Below, in pieces: positions 1-13,150 of a stretch of DNA of 64,000 nucleotides. The position numbers and the translations under genes are program-made. Every line of letters starts with the position of its first letter. Positions within the stretch are counted from its first letter, which is position 1. Below the pieces are notes generated by a model, which saw nothing but the letters and a program-made list of their open reading frames with translations, was not told the DNA's origin and ran no database searches. This stretch comes from Lytechinus pictus (Eukaryota), in NCBI RefSeq assembly GCF_037042905.1, contig NC_087245.1, positions 25,546,001 to 25,610,000 of the forward strand, written 5' to 3'.

Positions 1-202
1 AGTCCACTCAGAAGCCAAAATAATTTGCAATAAAAACAATAGAACAAGAAAAGCAAACCAGTGAAAGCACCAATAGATGAAGATGTGGTGACTGAAAATT
101 TGAGGTGGTAGATTTGCCTTGACTAATAAATGATAACTACTACAAACAACTATGGTTGGCAGGTGATTATAAGGTTTAGTTCCACTAGATTCTAGACTCT
201 AT

Positions 203-443
203 GGCCCGTATTCTGAAGTCAGGTTTAATCTAAACTCTGGTCTAAAGTTGTGGTTCAACCAACCAAAGCCAATTGTGACTCACTTGACTCTCAAATCAAT
301 CTTAACTGTCTGGGAACGACATAAATACGATAACTGTCTTCACCATTAAGGAATCAGGAAATAGCACAGTAAACATAAGAAACATACCATGTGAACAAAT
401 TTTGGCATGTTTAGAGCAGTGGTCTAAGTTCAGAATGCGGGCC
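203..443. mobile_element. MITE, Harbinger-like termini; diverged relative at about 5830-6130
   Basis: TIR ggcccgtattctgaa ... ttcagaatgcgggcc. Internal cacagtaaacataagaa and ggtctaagtt are shared with 5830-6130. Confidence 0.6.
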
Positions 444-499
444 CATGACAATTGATGAGGATCATGTATTTTATAGATAGATCCACTGGTGGGTCTTAC

Positions 500-3400
500 C
501 TTTGTATTGATGATGGCTATAAATGCCGCATATACATGTGTGAAGGTGGGAGAGGCAGCCTGGGCATCAATTACTGCTTTAGCTAACCAACCACTGAAAA
601 GAACAATTAATATGAGAACATCAATTACTGCTTTAGCTAACCAACCACTGAAAAGAACAATTAATATGAGAACACCAATTACTGCTTTAGCTAACCAAGC
701 ACTGAAAAGAACAATTAATATGAGAACACCAATTATTGCTTTAGCTAACCAACCACTGAAAAGAACAATTAATATGAGAACACCAATTATTGCTTTAGCT
801 AACCAACCACTGAAAAGAACAATTAATATGAGAACACCAATTACTGCTTTAGCTAACCAACCACTGAAAAGAACAATTAATATGAGAACACCAATTACTG
901 CTTTAGCTAACCAACCACTGAAAAGAACAATTAATATGAGAACACCAATTACTGCTTTAGCTAACCAACCACTGAAAAGAACAATTAATATGAGAACACC
1001 AATTACTGCTTAAGCTAACCAACCACTGAAAAGAACAATTAATATGAGAACACCAATTACTGCTTTAGCTAACCAACCACTGAAAAGAACAATTAATATG
1101 AGAACACCAATTACTGCTTTAGCTAACCAACCACTGAAAAGAACAATTAAGATGAGAACACCAATTAGCTAACCAACCACTGAAAAGAACAATTAATGTG
1201 AGAACACCAATTACTGCTTTAGCTAACCAACCACTGAAAAGAACAATTACTATGAGAACACCAATTACTGCTTTAGCTAACCAACCACTGAAGAGAACAA
1301 TTAATATGAGAACACCAATTATTGCTTTAGCTAACCAACCACTGAAAAGAACTATTAATATGAGAACACCAATTACTGCTTTAGCTAACCAACCACGGAA
1401 AAGAACAATTAATATGAGAACACCAATTACTGCTTTAGCTAACCAACCACTGAAAAGAACAATTAATATGAGAACACCAATTACTGCTTTAGCTAACCAA
1501 CCACTGAAAAGAACAATTAATATGAGAACACCAATTACTGCTTTAGCTAACCAACGAATGAAAAGAACAATTAATATGAGAACACCAATTACTGCTTTAG
1601 CTAACCAACAAATGAAAAGAACAATTAATATGAGAACACCAATTACTGCTTTAGCTAATCAACCAATGAAAAGAACAATTAATATGAGAACACCAATTAC
1701 TGCTTTAGCTAATCAACCAATGAAAAGAACAATTAATATGAGAACACCAATTACTGCTTTAGCTCACAAAACAATTCAGTTACCACCAGTTATAAATCCA
1801 CTATGTGGCGATATAACAGCAACCACCCACCCCCCCCCCCCCCATAAATGTTTCAATGTTCAAATATACCCTTTTCCAACTAAAACTAATCAAATGTGGA
1901 TAAAAGGGAATACCATTGGTTAGGGATGGCATCTTTCCTACTATTTCCCTCGAACTCTGGTGAGTGGGATTTGAATTAGAGGGTGATTTCTTGTTTAATA
2001 ATCTTTCAAGGCAAATTTCCTCTCTGAAACACAGCAAAAACTTAATCATTCATAATATAATATTCATGAGGCAATAAATCATGGTCCCAATATGAGGTTT
2101 TCACTGAAGTTTAATGTAAAGTACATTACATTGTACATGCACTATGGTAATATTCTATATATTTGTCATTTCCAACAAGCTGGCATAAAACAAGCTTTGC
2201 AGGTTTTATAGATTTTATAGATTTACATACCGTCCTCGTACGATGTTGAGCTGTAGCATCTCTTGCACAATCAAGCCAAGATTGGAAATATTAGCCTTGT
2301 TTACCAGACCATTGATGCTCTTCTTCAAAGCTTCCCATGATATCCTCTGGTATGCTACACTGTAATGACAAATGAACAAGGGTTACAATGAATTATGAAT
2401 TATTACAAGTTTGTACGACTGCATTTAATACAGGTGTGTCTATTTTTTTATTTTTTTTTGCAACAACGTTTAGTTACTCTGCTGCAACAGTGGAAGAATC
2501 AAGAGTCGCATAAAGCAATGATACCATAACATTACAGGCCAATACATTCAAGAAAGAAATGATCAAAATCACCTTGCTCAAGCGCTATCTAGATGAGTGT
2601 GCAGTATACCAACATGCTTGCAGTGAAACAAGCCTAAATCTTGAGACACAATATTTTTGTGGAACATTCTTTCTTGTAGATAAGTATAAATATTGTTTGC
2701 TCCATACATATATCTAAATTGTGTTAAACCTGGAATATATAAAACATATAATCACTAATTGATTTGAGGTGATAAGAAAAATTATCACTTCCTATCTATC
2801 CATCTATCTATCCTCACTTTTAAATCAGAACGACAGGCGACAGCTACATCCAACTCACTTGAGAGTGACAGTTTGCCCATCACCTACATCAATGGTCACC
2901 ATCAACAGGACTTTTTTTAAGAAGAAAGAACGTTTAAGTCATCATCAAGCATAAGAGCATTACAGTCTAGACATCTAATTTGATACTGAATTATATACCT
3001 TGTTTTATCTGTAATCTGTTCTTGCATCAATCTAAGTTTAGCTGGAGGGATATAAGCTCCACCTGTCTTTGTTAGAATAGGATCCACCTCTGGTTTCTTC
3101 TTCTTGGGAGGAGGTTCAGCATTCTCCTTGTTCTCCTCTTCACCATCTCGTCTCCTCCTAACAAGATAAAATCAACCAAAGCAATAACCTTTACCAGTTG
3201 ATAGATCACATGGAGACAGGTTATGCAATCATTGTTGGTACCTATTACTATTAGATAGAATGTGTGCATGCTTATAACGTAAGGAACCAAAGGATTGGAG
3301 ACTTTTTAGCCCTCTCAGATGCAACAAAAATAAGATATGACATCTTAAAATTCAGAGTACATGTAACTTCCATTAGTCAGACATAATTTTTTTAAACATA

Positions 3401-6400
3401 CTTGGAGCAGGAGTAAGTCACAACAACTAATATCAATATTGTCTTTAGAAAAATAAATTACATATATCTTACTGGTCTACAAATTGATTTTGACAATCAT
3501 TTAATCACTACCTCTTCACCTGAATAAAACACCTGACATTGAAATCAGTCACCTTTCATTACACAACAACATAGTTATTCATGATGCAATTCTCAAGACT
3601 GGTAACATAGCAAACCTGGCAATAAAGATTAAGAATTAAAGACAATCAATTAAAAAGATATGATACACACTTACCGTCGACTGGTATCTTGGTCTTTACT
3701 TCCATCCCACTTCCTTCTCTCTTCCTCCTCATCTCTAAATCTTCTATTCCTGAATCTTCTCCTAGCGTCTTCGTATCCACCCGTCTCCTCCACCTCCCCC
3801 TCCTCCAACCTGTCCTGCCTGGAACGTTGGTATCTTTCTTCATACTTGTCTTTCATCTTGCTGTAGTGGTTTGGTGAACGAGATCGACCCCTTCCATCAC
3901 GGTCTTCTCTCCTAAAAGTCATAATAATTCATCAAATTAAGCCGAGTGCAACGTTCAAGTCAGTTCATTACATGTACATATGAACTATCAAAATCAGAGG
4001 GAAAGATGATGCAGGCTAGGTACAGTGATACCTGTCTTAAAAGACCACAGGTGGTAGACAAGAAAAGCGGTCTTCATGAGCAGATGGTCTAATTACTCTT
4101 CATCTACTAATTATTTTGAATTTCATATAAAAAATGTATTCATATAAACAGTTCATCTAGACAAAGTGGTGTAAGACTTAATTTGATTAACGGATTGAGT
4201 GGCATCGCCATCTGGTGGCCACAACAGCATAACAGCATATGATAAATAGACTTGTTCAATCTGCAACAATAAAATGAAAATCTATTTCCCTCAATATTGC
4301 CCAACTTTAAAACTGGTTTTCATGACTAAAATACTAATATTGAACACTGTGTTACTTTTCTTAACTAAGTTAGAATTAAGTATGAAATTCAGGCTTTGAG
4401 ATGCTCTTTTTCAAGAAATACAAAAAAGGAAAGAATTATACATGTAACATTTGGATAGATGTTAGACAAGTAACTCATTAAATTCTTTCTTCATTTTTTC
4501 CCCATCTGAATAATAAATATCAAAATCGATATGGAGAACAAGAAAAAATTTGGAAATTAGATTTTTTTTTGAAATACCATTAAGGGGTCTTCACAAGAAG
4601 CTTTGACACAAAATTTTTTTTGCTCATGTAACAAGATGGAATGCTGAGCCCGTGAGAATTGGGGAAAAAATCCAATCATGTAATGTACACAATGAAGGTC
4701 CTTGAAAACATACTGAGATTTTTTCCCCACTTAACTCCCTCTATGTGTTATATTAAACCATGGTAGCTAACATGGCAGGAAAAATATGACCATGAAAACA
4801 TGTTCAAACAGACCACGTATTTCAGCTCAAAATGAAGTTTAATTGATCGATATGAAGCAAGTCCTTTCTTTCCCTTTCCTTTCTTTGTATTATCACAATA
4901 CATATGGAGTGCAATTAAAGCTCTCAAATGATAACTACTACAAACCTAGAACTGGATCTATCACCATCTCTTCCCCTTCTGTCTTCTCTGTCCCTTCCTT
5001 CTCTCCTATCACGGTCTCGATCACGATCCCTGTCTCTATCTCTCCTCCGTTCTCTATCTCTGCTGTCCTCTTCCTTTTCTTCCTTCTTCCTCTTCCTCCG
5101 ATCTCCTCTCTCTGTATCCTGGTCCGAGTGTCTGTTCAATTCACCGTCTTCCACCTCTCTAACGTTCCCGTGGATGATGTTGCTTCCAACAGCACTCTGC
5201 ATCTTCTTCTGTTGTCCGTCTTCATCATCAGAAGCAATGTCCCTGAATACAATAAATATGACACTTTACTTGTGGTAATGGGGAAAACACTGCTGACATG
5301 GATTTGGTAACTGCAAACTCTGAGCAGAATGGTCTGTTATTTAAAATAGCATAAGAACGCTTTCTGTCTGGAGTTGGGATCATTGCACAGTCAAAGTCAT
5401 GCCTTTGCCATTTCCGGTTCAGAAATGCATACCACACATACCTTCTTAAATTTTCAAATAATGTCCACACTGTAACCATTGAACTCATGAACTTCAAGTC
5501 CAATCAGATCATTGTCATACCCATAGGCAGACATTGCATGTGTAAAGACCTGTGTGACTTTGACAATGATACCCACACAATAATCAGACAATTGTGACTC
5601 CTACATGTGTACTTGGAGACTTTTAAAAGCTGATCCAACAAACAATTCTTTCTTTATCCTGAGAAGGAAATGGGAAAGAAGACATGACAACCTGAAAACA
5701 TAATGCCTCTGACCATGACCCACAACAACCATATCGTATAAACAACTATCACTGTAATCTACAGAACCAATTAGCATTCTTCAAATCTTTCGTACACTTT
5801 CGAAACCCATAATTTTTTTTTTCTTTGCTCCCTGGATTTTGAACTTGTGTTTAATTTAAACTCAATTGTGGTTTAACTATGGATAGCCAATGGTCACATA
5901 ATTCTTGTACAGTAGAGGTTGAATGCATCAGCTCATGTGATTCTCAAATCACTGTCGTTGCTGGAAGGATACATGAGATAGATGTCTTCACCACTAAAGG
6001 ATTGGGAAAGATCACAGTAAACATAAGAAGTATACCATGTAAATAAAGTTGTGACACTTTTAGCTTCCCATACTTTTAGCACAGAATTAGACCATGGTCT
6101 AAGTTAAACCCGAGTTCAAAATAAGGGCCTTAGAGTGTAAAAGAGAGACAAAGAATGCTAGCTGATATGTCTCTGATCAGATATTTTAATAGCTTACATG
6201 TGGCTTATATAAATCAGTTTCTTATCCTGTCCAATATTGATTTCTGAGACAAAGGCCGCTGCTGTGAAATCATGTATGGGGTGAAGCCTAAATTGGTTCC
6301 ATTTTTTTTCCTAATATCACAAGAATATCATCTCTTACCATTTTTTTCTCTCCTCTACTTGCTGCACATGGCTCTGTAGAACACTTTTCACCCTTTGTTT

Positions 6401-9400
6401 TCTCCAGTCTTGACTATTGTCACTGTCATCACTGTCACTGTCAAACCTAGCAGGTTTCCTTCGTTGTTGCTGCTGTTGAGTGGCTTCGGCGATGCTAAAA
6501 TATTAAAACCAAATGTTTATTAACAGAAACATAATGATGGGAAGATAAATCATTTTGGATACACAAAGAATGAGCCGGATTACATATGATTTTTGTTTTC
6601 ACTAATTGTATATCAGGAAATGACATTAATCTTGTGGTTTCCTTACCCTTCTTGCAGATTATCAAAGTCTGAATCAGCACCAACAGAGAGCTCATCATCA
6701 GATTTGTGTTTTCTATGATTTGTTTCATCATCTTCTTCCCTCTGTCTTCCCATAACCTTTCCATCATCAGCATCATCTCTCTTGAGAAATTTCCTTGGAT
6801 GTTGCTTCTTCCTCTCATCCTGATATTCCTCATCTTCTCCATCTGAAGATCTGTCTCTCATCTCATCCTTACTCCTCCTCCTCTCCTTATCCCTTGAGCT
6901 CCTCATCGATCCATGTCTTGGGGATGGAGATCTTCTTCCAATCCTCCGACGTTCACTTCCATCATCCTTCTCCCGCCTACTATATTTCTTATCTCTTACA
7001 TGACTTGGTGATGCATCGCTTGAAGATGCCGAATCACTGGAATCTCTCTCACTACAACAAAAAAGGAAAAGAATCTCACTATTACGGGAACCTGTCTATC
7101 AAGATTACCTCCTAATAAAAGACAGCTTACTTATTTCACCGTCATTGAAGAAAACTTCAGCAAAGCTAATCTACCTTCTCGGTGTGATGAATACTGGTAG
7201 ATCACTGATAAGTACATTAAGTAGATGAAGGTTTCCACTTTCCAGTATGCGGAAAAAAAAATTCAAGTGCAAATTTATCAAGCAAGTGGCTGTTGAGGAT
7301 TAAAAAATGAAAAGCTTTTGAAGAAGTTGAATCTAAGATAGAGTTGAATGTACGGTAGATCAATCTACTCCTTTGAATATTCAATGAAAATGAAACATTT
7401 CAGAAATAAACTCAAATGATAACATGGATGTGAACACCTGAGAAGATACAAGTTACACAGGCAAAATTTAATTTAGCTGTAGAGGGGAATCCAACAATCA
7501 GAAATATCTATTAAACAATGTCAAAGTTATGAATTGCTAAGAGTTGTAATCATATACAAAAGCCATGGCAGAAGCCAAAATGGCAGCACAAACACCAGCA
7601 TATTTTTCACGGTTCCTCAACTACTTTGGTGAAGCATCCTACTCCCGCAAAAGTCAGTTTTTTATAATAATCATTTTGTCAAACCTTGCGGAATGATAAT
7701 TATTGTATTTTCACAAGTTTGATTTTACCATCTTGGTTTTTCTAGGACTTGTTAACTTAAAGTTACAATGTATACTTCTCTGTGCGATTGATACAAAGTG
7801 CCAGAAGCATTTATTGGAGACTAACCTCCTGTTAGGGTTAGCGGAGGATTTTTTACTCTCCACCTGGGAAAGAGTTATGCATCCCCCACCCAAAATAACA
7901 AAAGAATGTCGAGACTTCCAGTTTGTTCACTTCATATTTCTCTATTGAATTTTTTTAGTGTTTCTTACCTTGCTATGCTAGCGAGGAGCGCTGATACCAG
8001 TTACTGACTAAATAAACTGATGTCTATGGACAATTACACGTACTCGATCCTACTCGAAAATTTGACATAATAAAGCCATATTTTGGTATGTATTTCCACT
8101 CCACCATCATATTAGGGCTATATTATATGAACCTTCTCCATGTTTTTATTTTTAACTTTAGTAAGGGTGCATATGGAACTATTGCCTCCACCCGCTTCAC
8201 CACTAAGTTTTACCCAAACACAAACACCAACACATTACACAACTTAAAGGGGAATTCACCCTGACAAAAAATTGTAAAGATAGCAGAAAAAATAATACAA
8301 AATATTTTCTAGACTAGATGTCTACATGTATTATTGGTGAAGGTCTGCGGAAAATCAGAGGAAAGAGTTCCATATGCACACCACACCAAAAATAACAAAA
8401 GATTGTTGAGACTTCCGGTTCGTTCACCTCAGATTTTTCTATCATTTTTTACTATTGCTTACCTTAGTTGGGAGTTGGGACTCGAACTCACCTCGTTTTA
8501 TCTGCAGTCAAGACCTCTTCCCGCTATGAAGCGCTGATACTGGAAGGGGTATTTTAACGATTGCCAGCCGATAGTTCGACTAGTCTAGACTCACAGACCC
8601 TTTACTGACTAAATAAACCGATGTCTATGAACAATTACACGGACTAGATCCTGCTCGAAATTTGACGGAATAAAGCCATATTTTGGTATGTATTTCCACT
8701 TCCCCGTCATATATGTTCTATATTAGGGCAAGATATATTATTCTGAACCTTCTCCATGTTTTTGTTTTCAATTTTAGTGGGGGGTGCATATGGAACTCTT
8801 GCCAAATCTGGTGTTAATGCAGTTTCGCACCAGCCAACTTTGAGCAAATTTCTCAGCAGTAATCATTCTTGAATGTCATAGCAAGTCCCTCAATCACATT
8901 TCAAGGTCAATATGCCCACCGCTTTTACAATTATATCGCGATCGGGAATGACTGTATTTCGGCTTCGTCATCGTGTTAATTTTCAGTCAGATATCGCTTC
9001 GCTTTGGCTTGGCTTCTCCGTAATTTTGATATAAGGTGAAGTTAGCGAACATGTGGCAAGCAAACGGATGAGCTGCCACGCTGCAAGCAAATCTTTTGGT
9101 AGCCACTATTAATCGATATCAAAATATTACGGCAAAACCAAGCCTAAGTAAAAATGGTAAATCGAACGATCATTGTAACGCCGAGATCAGAGCCAAAATA
9201 CAGCCGTTCCAAATCGCGATATTTGGAAAAGTGGTGGGCATATTGTTTATTGACCTCGAAATGTGACTGAGAGACTTGCCATGCCATTTGCAATCAATTT
9301 CTGGTGGGGAAATTTGCTAGAATTCGGCTGGTGCAAAACTGCATTCGCGCCAAAAATCCATTAAAAATAAAATTTTAAATAAAAATATTAAAAAGTTAGA

Positions 9401-9836
9401 ATTTCAATTTTTTATTTGTGATGTCATAATCATATGCTAGCAGCTTCCCCAACGAAAAGGAAACCAAGAAAAAATTATTTCTAACAAACACAGTCAGGAC
9501 AAATCCAAAGCTTTTCTTTGACCGAAAATACCACACAATCTCAAACCCATATGTCACAAACACATTATGGTCATGATGGAATACCGACTCGGATCCTACC
9601 GATTCTAACGGGGACTGCATTGCCACTGCATGCACTGGCGTTAACGTAAACGGTAAACGTCGTAAGATACGACTCTTAGTCTTACGAGTTACGCTTTGTT
9701 CTGTGATTTTGAAAACAGTAAATTCGGGATCCGGACCCAAGATCTATGACTTATTTTCATACATGAGATTAAGGAAAATATAATAAACCCCAAAAACCTT
9801 ATAATAAAATAATATTTACCTGTCTGAATCCGGCAT
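500..9836 (-). CDS. CWC22: Pre-mRNA splicing factor CWC22 (5' part; gene continues beyond window start)
   Basis: GT-AG exons read by hand on the minus strand: 9820-9836 (ATG, MPDSD), 6647-7051, 6339-6494, 4946-5242, 3675-3911, 2999-3157, 2231-2359, 500-593. Phases are consistent and about 498 codons lie in the window. The translation includes [21 protein letters not shown] and [25 protein letters not shown]...[37 protein letters not shown], recognisable as the start of the CWC22 MIF4G region, preceded by a long RS/RD/RE low-complexity tail. Confidence 0.93.
567..1764. repeat. 54-bp minisatellite, about 22 copies, spanning the CWC22 intron/exon boundary
   Basis: Unit caattactgctttagctaaccaaccactgaaaagaacaattaatatgagaacac. 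One copy at about 1161 has an 8-bp deletion. Confidence 0.97.
7867..8186. mobile_element. MITE copy 1 (TIR ggmaagagttccatatgcac, degenerate)
   Basis: Aligns with 8360-8803 over most of its length (ttactgactaaataaac...gatgtctatg...gccatattttggtatgtatttccact). Confidence 0.6.
8360..8803. mobile_element. MITE copy 2 of the same family
   Basis: TIR ggaaagagttccatatgcac ... gtgcatatggaactcttgcc. Confidence 0.65.
8809..9351. mobile_element. Foldback-type MITE with long imperfect TIRs
   Basis: tggtgttaatgcagtttcgcaccagcc ... ggctggtgcaaaactgcattcgcgcca. Inverted similarity continues inward (cacatttcaaggtcaa / ttgacctcgaaatgtg). Confidence 0.7.
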
Positions 9837-10272
9837 TACAGGAATTTTTGTGTCTTCGTTCAGTCAAAAACTCATTCTTTCTGCGTGTGCGCGTTGAACT
9901 CTATTAGGGTATCGTCAAAAAGGCAAATACAAAATGAAAAAGCAATTGTTCTCCCAAAAGAATGCCCCCTCCCCCGGCCCCATGAATGAATGAAAGCATG
10001 AGTCAATGAAAGAATAAGTCAAGGGATGAATGAATGAATGAATTTTTAATTTATATATTAATTTTGTTTTCATTTTATTTCTTTTCGGTTACCTTGATTC
10101 GCCAAATGTTAGCCTAAACATGGATTGTTTAAGAATCAGTATACCGGCTGTCCCATTTGACAAAGTGTTTTTGTTTTTCCTCATTTTTTTATTGTGATGC
10201 ATAAGGCTAGTGGTGTAATGAGAAAAAACAAACAACAATTTGAGAGGCCAAACACGCGAGCCAACAAAATTT

Positions 10273-10640
10273 CCCGGGGGGGGGGGGCACTTCCATTTAT
10301 GAGTGGATACCATGCGCGACCATGGGGTCTCAAAAAGCACCCTAAACACGTATTTTCCATTTTCTGAAAATGCACCCCTTAACAAGTATTGGCGTGTGAA
10401 ACCATACCATTAACAAGTATTGGTAACAAAACGATACTCTTGGCAAGTTCCCTGAATTGACCTTTGACCCCCTAAACAAGTAATGCGATATATTTTTATT
10501 GTTATGTCACGGACGTCGGTCGTCGGCCTACCTTCACCCACATCATTGGGTTTTAGTACAGCCCCACATCTTGCCCAAATCGTACTCTAAACATGTAGTG
10601 TTGACTCTTGGGGCAAAAGTACATCCTTTATAAAACATTT
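10273..10640. mobile_element. Left part of a CCCGGGG-ended non-autonomous DNA transposon
   Basis: Begins cccgggggggggggcacttcc and carries repeated aacaagta motifs. The right end was not found. Confidence 0.35.
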
Positions 10641-11286
10641 TTTTTTTCTTGGTGGAACTGTTGGCATTTTCCTTTTTTAGGGGGGGCTCCTCTTGAAATG
10701 GAGTAATAACTAGTGAAAGTTAAAAATACCTCCTTTGCATGGGAAATATGTCAATATACCCTTTTTGAGAGCACAATATTTGCATTACAATCTTGGGTGG
10801 TGTCTGGATATTTTGATAGGGGGGAGGGGGAAGATTTTTTATTTTTTTTTTTACAAGTGTAATATAGGGTAACACCTTTACATATTTTTTTCTCTCTTCC
10901 TTTTCTTTTCTATTTCTTCTTTTTCTCTTTGTTTTTCTCTACTTGAAAAATCTATGCTACCCCCAGATTACAATTGCAAAATTCAATCATATTTCATTTT
11001 GTATTTCACTTTCACACTTTCCATAAGTTAATACAGACAAAATAAGTAGTAAACTATTCCATAGAATTGCCCAACAGTTTTATTTCGCACAAAAGGCAAC
11101 AATTCAGTCAAAAATGTGTCGCATAACTTACCAAAATATGTTGACATACAAAGTCATAATAAAACTTCAACATATCTTTCAAAGGAATTTGTAATAATCA
11201 CACTGAATTAATCATATTTAAAATTGTAATGTTTCTTGGTAAATATATAATCTTTTATAAAAAAATATTGTAACAGCATAAACATT

Positions 11287-12181
11287 AACAAGTGGAATGC
11301 CTCTGGCCGTCTCACCTGCATCACGCGATTCAATATAGCAGCAGTGCAGATTTTGAAAACTACTATAACTCGCACAAGATGTTCAGTGATACTTGGTTAC
11401 TCTTATTTCCAAATTTTATGAACTAGACCAATACACTTATAGAGATATGATGGCAATTCAACAAATACCCCCAACGTGGCCAAAGTTCTTTGACCTTACA
11501 TGACCTTTGACCTTGATCATGTGACCTGAAACTCGCACAGGATGTTCAGTGATACTTGATTACTATTATGTCCAAGTTTTATGAACTAGACCAACACACT
11601 TTCAAATTTATGGCTGTAATTCAACAAATACCCCAATTTGGCCAAAGTTCATTGACCCTAAATGACCTTTGACCTTGATCATGTGACCTGAAACTTGCAC
11701 AGGATGTTCAGTAATACTTGATTACTATTATGTCCAAGTTTCATGAATCAGATCCATAAACTTTCAAAGTTATGATGGTAATTCAACAGATACCCCCAAT
11801 TCGGCCAAAGTTCATTGACCCTAAATGACCTTTGACCTTGGTCATGTGACGTGAAACTCATGCAGGATGTTCAGTGATACTTGATTAACCTTATGTATAA
11901 GTTTCATGAACTAGGTCTATATATTTTCTAAGTTATGATGACATTTCAAAAACTTAACCTTAGGTTAAGATTTTGATGTTGATTCCCCCAACATGGTCTA
12001 AGTTCATTGACCCTAAATGACCTTTGACCTTGGTCATGTGACATGAAACTCAGGCAGGATGTTCAGTAATACTTGATTAACCTTATGGCCAAGTTTCATG
12101 AACTAGGTCCATATACTTTCTAAGTTATGCTGTCATTTCAAAAACTTAACCTCAGGTTAAGATTTGGTGTTGACGCCGCCG

Positions 12182-12218
<37 letters not shown>

Positions 12219-12272
12219 CGCCGTCGGAAAAGCGGCGCCTATAGTCTCACTCTGCTATGCAGGTGAGACAAA
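11287..12272 (+). mobile_element. Helentron-associated non-autonomous element (HINE/DINE-1/pearl-like)
   Basis: Starts aacaag. Subterminal inverted repeats gtctcacctgcat (about 11309) and atgcaggtgagac (about 12257). About 5 core repeats of 162-192 bp (gatgttcagt at about 11378, 11541, 11703, 11866, 12058). (GCC)n tract at 12174-12226, 3' stem-loop, A-run flank. Confidence 0.75.
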
Positions 12273-12689
12273 AATGAAAGGTGTAAAGAAAAAAGCATAA
12301 CGTGTAAAATATTCATAGGAAAATTAAATCAATGTAATCGTAAAAAAACTTAATTACATCGAATGTTTGGAAATTAGAAAAGATTTAAAGGCAGCTGAAA
12401 ATACCTTCCAAAATTTATATGCAGTATGAAAGATGTTTAAGCCAACATCATCCCATCCAAACCCTAATCCTCCATGGCTGCTATTGGGCTGATATGAAAT
12501 TAGGTCAGAAATTAAAAACTTCCTAAAATATCTTATTCCTGAAAATATTCATAGAACTGTTTGAGACTTCCAAAATGTAATCATGGTAGAATTCATATAC
12601 ATATATATTTGACTGGAGGTAATCTGAAGACTTCAATATCACTTCATAATCTATCCAGGCTGGAGATATTGATATCTCAATAAATAGAG

Positions 12690-13150
12690 TAAAATTCACA
12701 AAGCAAAATGCTAAAAATTCGATCAAAATCGGATAACAAATAACAAGTTATTTAATTTTAAAGATATGCATTATTCCGGTGAAACAGTTCTAGGCATGTC
12801 TTTATGAATATTCATTAGGTGGGCTGATGATGTCATATCCCCACTTGTTCTTTTGTATTTCATTATATGAAATTAGGTTTATTAAAACATTTTCTACCAA
12901 GAACTAAAACAATTGGATTGACAACTGATTAGGTGCATTAGTTATTTATTGCCCCATCTTATTTCATCATAATGGAGACACATCATTTACACATGTATGA
13001 AAAAATGAAACATTTATGATTTCATGTAATAACGTAAGAAAAAGGAAAGTGGGGATGGGACATCATCAGCCCACCTAATGAATATTCATGACGATGTGCA
13101 TATAACTGTTTTCACAAAATATTGATAAACTTTAAAATTCAATAACTTTG
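12690..13150. mobile_element. Internal fragment of a Kolobok-like MITE
   Basis: aaaatcggataacaaataacaagtta resembles the 35092 element. Internal inverted repeat atgaatattcattaggtgggctgatgatgtc / gacatcatcagcccacctaatgaatattcat. Confidence 0.5.

Noticed and set aside
567..1764. CRISPR-like array
   Set aside because: Units are contiguous with no unique spacers, there are no cas genes, and the context is a eukaryotic intron.
489..1923. Plus-strand repetitive ORFs ([18 protein letters not shown])n
   Set aside because: By-product of a 54-bp stop-free unit. They are antisense to CWC22, start at GTG and are broken by a stop and a deletion.
3660..7115. Plus-strand Ser/Leu-rich ORFs
   Set aside because: Antisense shadows of purine-rich CWC22 exons.
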